This document shows positions 50,001 to 56,296 of a stretch of 56,296 nucleotides of DNA, in pieces. Every line of letters starts with the position of its first letter. Within the stretch, counting starts at the first letter, position 1. The position numbers and the translations under genes are program-made. The notes beneath the pieces are model-generated. The model was not told where the DNA came from. It did not search any database and saw nothing but the letters and a program-made list of their open reading frames with translations. The DNA lies in contig MCFE01000580.1 of assembly GCA_002104905.1 (NCBI GenBank), positions 1 through 56,296 of the forward strand. The letters are read 5' to 3'. The stretch is from Basidiobolus meristosporus CBS 931.73. Its lineage: Eukaryota; Fungi; Basidiobolomycota.

Positions 50001-51437
50001 TTACAACGGTCGTTTTTGCAAGTACTTGTACTCCAGGTCCTTCAGGCGGATCTCTTTATCAAGCTCGAGCTCTTTCAACCGAATCTCCCGGTCGAATTCC
50101 AACTGCTTCAACCGAACTTCTCGATCGATCTCCAGGCTCTTCTCCTTCATTTGCAACTCTTTCTCCTTGATGGAGAGTAGCTGGCTTCGAACTTCCGGCT
50201 CCGGATGCTGCAGAATCTCCTCCAATTCAAGAGAAGTCGTACTGGTGATGCCTTGGTTCGAATGCTCCTCGTATCGTGCTCTTTTGTGGCTGTGGCCGCG
50301 CAGCTCGGTTTCATGGAATGGTGTAGCATGGCAAGTCTCCATGTCGACAGTGGTCGGTGTTGGCGGTGTAGGGTTAATGCTTAGTTTATCTGTGCGATGC
50401 ACAATATTGTTCAAAGGGAATTGATTAAATAGCAACATGTTCCCGGCATTGCCATTGGAGTCTAGCGAATTCGGAGGCTTCGCGACTGGGGAGATCCCCG
50501 GGAGACAAGTGTCCTCGAGCTGATTCGAGTCCATGTTGGAACTATTGCTATCGCTATCGGAGCCGCCACCGTCCAAGTTTGAGCGGAATATGTGATCAAG
50601 CTGTTTGAAGTAGACCCAGGTCGCCGCGCCATTGTTGTTGGGAGTGGGGCTTTTACGAATATCCTGATACCGGCGAACCATTTTTTTCAGTTTGTTGTTG
50701 ATCTGCAGCGAGGTTACTCCTGGTAATAGCTGCGCAGCCTTTTCGTAAAAGTCGGTCTTTTTCCTAGAATACAAGTCGAAATGCTTCTCGAGACAATCAA
50801 GCAGCCTCTGGGTTTCGGTATGAGTCCAAATAAATATGTCAGTGCTTCGGCGACCCGCGTTAAAGAAAGCCATGACTTTCTCCCGCGTGTCATCCCCTGC
50901 GCCGTTTTGAGCGGGGACAATAGGGGAATTCTGAGGTGCCATGTTTGTGGTAGGGCCCAGTTGCTGATTGCTGGGAAGAGTCCCGGCCCCAGTGGGAGAC
51001 AGAGGAACCCCAAGACCCACTTCGGTAGCAACCGACTGAGTGAATTCGTCTGGGCCCAAGTGGGACCGCAAAATCCGGTCGATTTTCTCATAATACCTCC
51101 AAGGGTTGTAATATTCGGGGCCGGCCTGACCGGCTTCTTTCATTATTGTTCTGTATCTGAGAAAGAGCTTTTTGAACTTGTTTTTTATCTGCATAGGACT
51201 GATCCCCTCAAACAATTCAGAAGCCTTGTTGTAGAAATCGGACTTTTTCTCCTTGTAATCTCCGAAATTCTCGTTCAGGAAATCCAGAAGCTTCTCCACA
51301 TCGGAATCGCTCCAACTGATGGGATGGCTCTTCTGCGGCAAGAAACTAGAGTTCATTCGGACCTCCCCCTCGGCTTCGTAGGAGGGGAGCTCTTTGGCGC
51401 AAGTGGCGGCGGTATGGGGAGCGGGCTCCTTGAGCAT
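50001..51437 (-). CDS. Protein with two tandem Myb/SANT-like (trihelix/MADF-type) domains and a C-terminal coiled coil, intronless
   Basis: WSDSDVEKLL..QIKNKFKKL..Y..WRYYEKIDRIL and WTHTETQRLL..QINNKLKKM..Y..WVYFKQLDHIF. The first in-frame ATG is at 51437. Confidence 0.85.
   Translation of the reverse strand: MLKEPAPHTAATCAKELPSYEAEGEVRMNSSFLPQKSHPISWSDSDVEKLLDFLNENFGDYKEKKSDFYNKASELFEGISPMQIKNKFKKLFLRYRTIMKEAGQAGPEYYNPWRYYEKIDRILRSHLGPDEFTQSVATEVGLGVPLSPTGAGTLPSNQQLGPTTNMAPQNSPIVPAQNGAGDDTREKVMAFFNAGRRSTDIFIWTHTETQRLLDCLEKHFDLYSRKKTDFYEKAAQLLPGVTSLQINNKLKKMVRRYQDIRKSPTPNNNGAATWVYFKQLDHIFRSNLDGGGSDSDSNSSNMDSNQLEDTCLPGISPVAKPPNSLDSNGNAGNMLLFNQFPLNNIVHRTDKLSINPTPPTPTTVDMETCHATPFHETELRGHSHKRARYEEHSNQGITSTTSLELEEILQHPEPEVRSQLLSIKEKELQMKEKSLEIDREVRLKQLEFDREIRLKELELDKEIRLKDLEYKYLQKRPL
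50030..50180 (-). repeat. 33-bp / 11-aa coiled-coil repeats (E.D.E.RLK.L x3) at the C-terminus of the trihelix protein
   Basis: EIDREVRLKQL EFDREIRLKEL ELDKEIRLKDL. Confidence 0.8.
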
Positions 51438-51905
51438 TCCTGTCAATATAGTCGATGTGGCTTGAAAGAAACCAACCTTGAGAAAAATGGAAGCGAGAAA
51501 AATGAAAGAATTCTCACCCACATGGTCCGAACCGAACCAACCCAATTGGACGATTATGGATCACCCCTATCCTCGGCTAGATGGGTGTGGCCCAAATCTC
51601 CCCTCCATTCCAACCTAGGTCCACGGATTCCTGATTCGGGTCCTTCGCGCAATTCTTCGGTGTGTTCCTATTGGCACGTGACCCGATGGTATCACTCATT
51701 CTAAGACTGTTCTAGTACCATCCATATTCAGGTTACACTTGTTTATAATAATAAGCATAATATTCGGGGAAATCAGGAAGGAGCAGAGCCCGTATGTGGC
51801 TGAAATCAAGGGTTTTGAGTCGAGCAGAGCCCGCTGGAAATAAGATAATGGTTGGTAGTTGCTATTTAATGAAATGGCATCAGGCAAGTAAAATACAAGC
51901 TAAGG

Positions 51906-52812
51906 TTACATTTGTTTCGCATGCTGTTTCGAGCTAAAATGTTTGTACAGGTGGCCAACGATGACCACGGTCCAGACAGTGTTTAGCAGTCCCAAGGCCA
52001 GGATGTTGAAGGTACATGAAAGGGAAACGATCCAAGGAAGATCGGAGAATCTCATGAACAACGTGGATATCTTCTCATTAAAATAGGCACTTGGTTCAGG
52101 GAACATTGTGTTATTGGCGGTAGCCAATGTACCTGAAACCAATGTCTCAATAGGGGGCAGTCCTTGGTTATCGAGGGCATACCAGAAAACGAACGGAGCT
52201 ATGGGGAGTCGAATGAAGAGGAAAGCAGCCGCACGTGCAATCAATGCCTTTGTGTACAACTTTGTGTTCTTCATTTGCAATCTTTGCAAATACCAAACCA
52301 GATTCGTCGGTATAACCGTGATCTCAGTAACACAGAACATAGTGGGAAAGAAGGCAGCTTGTCGATAGTACATTTCCATAATGCACCCAAAAGCTACGAC
52401 GAGGTGGTGTATCCAGATGGTTGGCTCCTCCTTGGGTTTGAGAAACATCACGGAGGAATCGTATATTGTATATCCTAGCAACCCGGCGAACAGAACATCT
52501 AAAGCTGGTGGATAGTGAGTGAAGATATCGTTATCGAACACCCGGGCAATAAATACAAGATAAAACGAGAACAGCCCAACGACTATGCTATTTACGCACG
52601 ATGGGAATCTAGTAGAGAATAGAGTTAATTTACAAGGGGAATATGCAATACTGTGGCTGCGTTAAATACTTCTCTGAAAGGTCAATACGATCGTTCTTGG
52701 AAAGCTTGGAGACTGCTATTTGGTTGAACCTAGGGACTATCAGTTTCTCGGAGGCAAAGTGAAGGAGGGAATAGAAGGCTGTGGATAGGCCCACAATCAA
52801 AAGGGTGGACAT
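51906..52812 (-). CDS. TLC (TRAM-LAG1-CLN8) domain membrane protein, TMEM56/Tda4-like (2 exons)
   Basis: GYTIYD, WIHH, TEITVIPTN..WY and FLFIR motifs; first exon MSTLL..LSEK spliced to FPSCVNS. Confidence 0.88.
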
Positions 52813-53194
52813 ACTGGATAGTGCTTGGATAAAGGTCGGATACAGAGATGCCCGTTAAGAGGGACATGTCGCTATTTATAAACCACGAGCAATGCTTGTG
52901 CTTGTACGATATAAAGCAAATCGACAGCTCCTATGATATTAAGCCGATCCCAATGTAGGGCGTACAAAAATCGCCACAAAATGGCGCTCAAGATCGAGTA
53001 CTCGTCAAGGCGATCGTGATGAGGATGGGAGGATCAAAGTTGCTTCAATGGGTGATTTTAATTAAACAACAATTGCAGGAGCTGATCAAGTCAACGCCCA
53101 TCCAATAGGGACAATTGTGAACAAGACGAAAACAATCTCAATGAATTAGATAGCACTCAGAAGGTTGGCCGGAAATCAACTTCAAACCAAAATA
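52813..53194. promoter_or_regulatory. Putative bidirectional promoter TLC gene / HSK3
   Basis: 382 bp between divergent start codons. Confidence 0.45.
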
Positions 53195-53463
53195 ATGTCG
53201 GAAAACCCAACATCCAAGCAGGCCCAATACACAACACTTGCCAAAAAGCTCACGGAACTTAACAAAAATCTAAACCGACTGGAGAATAATATAAGTATCG
53301 CTTCAGGAAACTCCCAAGCGGCTACCCAACTAGCCATCTCTCATGGCTCTATGTAAGCATCTTGGAAACATTTGAAAAGCTCTTGGAAACGTTACTAATC
53401 AGTGTTTTGAAAAAACGTAGCTTTATGTCCTCAGAACGGGTTCTACCTTCACATAGTACTTAA
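53195..53463 (+). CDS. HSK3: DASH/Dam1 complex subunit Hsk3 (exons 53195-53352 and 53421-53463)
   Basis: MSENPTSKQAQYTTLAKKLTELNKNLNRLENNISIASGNSQAATQLAISHGSI/FMSS matches the KQRQY..L...L..L..NL...hG.hFM pattern of Hsk3; GTAAGC..CGTAG intron. Confidence 0.78.
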
Positions 53464-55160
53464 TTATCTGCGATAGTGTACTATTGATTTCCACCATGGA
53501 ATAGATGTTTGTATAATAGTTGATGGTTGAAAAGGAAACCTTTGGATTCTTTACAATGTTCGTTCAATTGGATTTTCTCCCGCAATAAAATCCGTTTCTG
53601 TGCACTTTCTCAAGGTAATGCCCTACCTTGTCATACTTATTGGAGAGAGATGATTCGGATGGAGCTATCGTCGATATTGTGAACTTGAGTGGCTATTAAC
53701 TGAGTGTATAGCAAGTAGTGTGATTTATGGCTCGAGACTTCGGGGTTTCCAGCCAGGGCTCCCGGTTGATTGAAACAATGCAATTATATCTATAGCACAT
53801 GTTGTTTTTCTGGCAATTGACATTAATTAGACGGATAATATCAAATCGTTATGCGCTGTTTATCTGCGATCTAAGCATATGTATACTGTCATGATAGACC
53901 ATTGTTGGACACTTGTTAACAGTAAAACAACAATTAAGCGGCGTTCATTCGAGACTTACGACTACATGGAACCTTCCGCGTAGTTTGTTAGTAGCAATCT
54001 CCACGTTCTGTAGTTTTCAAAGCTGATCAGGTTTGGGCCTACGTAAATGGATATTAAGCTTATGTACCGTGTTTCGTGCAGGAAGCTTTGTTTGTAACCC
54101 ATGCATAACCGTGGTCTTAATGCCAATATCCATCACAACACCAATATCATCTAGCCAAAAATGGGAAACACATCACTAAGTTTACTTACTATATTCGACG
54201 CCGATTGTTGTTATATTGACAAATGTGGCAAGTTAGTACACCTACTCCACTGGCCTGTGTGTTGAATCCAGGGTAGTGTTAGTTTTTTAAGTACTTCTCG
54301 TAGGTTGTAGTACTCACCTTGGGAGGAGAGTAGCCTTCAAATATCAATTGTACGGGAATAATTATGATTCCGCTCTTTACCAATGCCTAGCACATTCGAA
54401 GTCAAGCACACCCAGAAACTGGCGATAGGTATTGTTCAATCAACCTCTGCAAACCTCCGATATAATATACATCCTAATCAAGAAAGTTATGAGCCACCAT
54501 AAGCTAACAGGCTTGGCACATTTAGAGCCAAGCCGACTTCCAATCATCTTACCGGTTGATACCCAATGATAGGCTATGCCAATCGCGGAAGTATCTCTGT
54601 TTGATTCCAATGATTTTCTGGTATATCTCTCACCATACCGAATATTAGTACGGGGATTTCGTCAATTGCTGGGTGGAAGTTTGAAACCGCCTTGTTTCCA
54701 TAAGGTTGGCTATTTCGTGCTCTTTTCTATCCTGAGGGTGCTCTGATTCGAGATATTACAGTTGTGTAGGCCAGCGCAACCTAAAAATATTATGGACTTC
54801 TAAATAGGAGAACCTTCTATTCAGAGTTTTCTGCGCGTCAACATTTATCTCAACATGACTCGCTCGCAGAGACCAAATATGGTGAACTCTCAGCTTACCT
54901 GACCCTAATAGGGATTTTTCAGTGATGATGGAAACGTCGAGAACGAGGTGGGTTCCTGATCGATGGTGGATTGGACTGGATCGTCAGGATTCCTGTTTAG
55001 TAGTTGCCAAATTAGGGATAGTTCGAAGGGATATGTTGGAGAGGTTGTTTATTTCCACGTAAGGATAGGGCGAAGAGCAACCTTGCCACGATGAGTATAA
55101 ATTCCAGTCACCGTGTGTCAGTTTCTTACAACCATCTAGTATCGTCTATCATTCTCAAAT

Positions 55161-56122
55161 ATGCTCGGCCAAACTATGAAATTGTTCCTCGGTGCTTCTC
55201 TTCTCGGCTATGCTGCTGTTGATGCCAAGCTTTACTTCACTAGCCCTGTTGGACAAACTTGGACTGCTGGATCCAAGTACGATATTCAATGGTAAGTATC
55301 TACGATTGATTCCGCCTACATTGCTTCCTAGTGATTAATCATCAACGTAGGATAAACAATTCCGACGCTCCACCCATGCCAAAGACCTTCGACATCATTC
55401 TCTACGATGGCAATGACAAAGACCTAACCAGTGTCGCCACCATTTTTGGTAACGTTGACGCAGCCAAGTTTTCTTACGAGTGGACCATTCCCAGAGATTT
55501 GATAGAGGGAACATATGTCATTGGTGGCTGTTACGGTAATGAATGTGTCTTCACCCATACATTCAAGATCGACAGCACCTACAAGAGTTCCTCGCATGCA
55601 ACAACCGCCAGCGCTACCTCAACTGCTTCTAAATCCGATAGTACCTCCAAGGTGTCCGAATCCTCAGCCACCAAAACCAGCACCTCAGAATCTTCCAGCA
55701 AGACCGAGTCTAAAGATTCGAAGACTGTTTCCCACAGCACTGAGGACAAGTCCTCCAAGTCCGAATCCCACTCTGATAAGGAGTCAAAGACCGATTCTCA
55801 CTCTGATAAGGATTCGAAGACCAAGTCCCATTCTGATAAGGAGGCAAAGACTGATTCTCACTCATCCCATGATGCATCTAAGACCGATTCTCTATCCAAG
55901 ACTGAATCACACTCCGAAGCCACTTCAACCAAGACTGATGACCATTCACAAACCTCGAGCACCACTAGCGTTTCCACATCTACATCCAGCTCTACTGACG
56001 CTTCAACACCTTCCCCCAAGTCTAAATCCGAGGACCACAAGAACGATTCCAGCGCAGCTGCCTTGCCCGTGATCTTTGTGAGCTTCCTTGCCCTCGCCAG
56101 CTCCTTCGTAGCCTTAGCTTAA
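55161..56122 (+). CDS. GPI-anchored Ser/Thr-rich cell-surface protein with N-terminal Kre9/KNH-like Ig fold (exons 55161-55291 and 55351-56122)
   Basis: Signal peptide MKLFLGASLLGYAAVDA; FTSP..W.AG..Y.IQW..F.I.L..YEWTIP..Y..F.I; S/T stalk; omega site and hydrophobic tail SSAAALPVIFVSFLALASSFVALA. Confidence 0.88.
55766..55875 (+). repeat. 30-bp tandem repeats encoding SHSDKxxKTx
   Basis: TCCCACTCTGATAAGGAGTCAAAGACCGAT / TCTCACTCTGATAAGGATTCGAAGACCAAG / TCCCATTCTGATAAGGAGGCAAAGACTGAT plus a degenerate fourth copy. Confidence 0.9.
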
Positions 56123-56296
56123 ATACACCCTGATCCACTCTCGTTAATTATATCCACAATTTTTGTTCACTTCAATAGACTGCCCACTAAAGTATGGCTT
56201 AAATAACTTCAATAATAATAAACAATATGATTTTTAATGATCCGCTTCTGGTTGCTATGAAAGGCTGATTTATTGATAAAATGATACATAGATACA

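Noticed and set aside
50781-51704. 307-aa antisense ORF over the trihelix gene
   Set aside because: No domain signal; typical antisense shadow of a coding region.
54510-54534. Perfect 8-bp hairpin GGCTTGGC-N9-GCCAAGCC
   Set aside because: Several such stems are expected by chance in 56 kb, and there is no RNA-gene context.
55515-56072. 185-aa Pro/Leu-rich alternative-frame ORF
   Set aside because: By-product of Ser/Thr codon bias in the GPI protein stalk.

Overview
Eukaryotic, fungal genomic DNA with short GT-AG introns (mostly about 50-80 nt). The gene set (DASH subunit Hsk3, Sla2, Rif1 with N-terminal PP1 motifs, plus ELL, MFSD10 and ADCK1 homologues) suggests an early-diverging fungus of Zoopagomycota/Mucoromycota grade; this is an inference and no species is called. 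The window opens in the 3' end of a dead Ty1/Copia element (RT-RNase H, PPT, 350-bp LTR with 8-bp terminal inverted repeats) that has almost no CpG. An intron-poor block follows: NmrA-like SDR, M28/Pff1 peptidase, an orphan 7TM receptor-like gene and, head-to-head with it, a secreted Kex2-type precursor with two C-x18-C peptide repeats. The rest is mostly intron-rich housekeeping genes (NUP53, ELL, GTR1, SLA2, Git3/cAR-like GPCR, MFSD10, C2 protein, RIF1, MTQ1, carnitine acyltransferase, CIA1, ATF1-like bZIP, RRM-RGG-RRM, EamA, ADCK1/MCP2, TLC, HSK3, GPI Ser/Thr protein). It also holds a Trp-periodic repeat protein, a double trihelix protein and an unexplained 1.35-kb gap with a signal-peptide small ORF. 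The best candidate for an undescribed system is the divergent orphan 7TM / Kex2 peptide-precursor pair (7022-9700), and its receptor-ligand reading is only a hypothesis. Exon structures were read by eye, so boundaries need RNA-seq confirmation. I found no tRNA, rRNA or CRISPR array.
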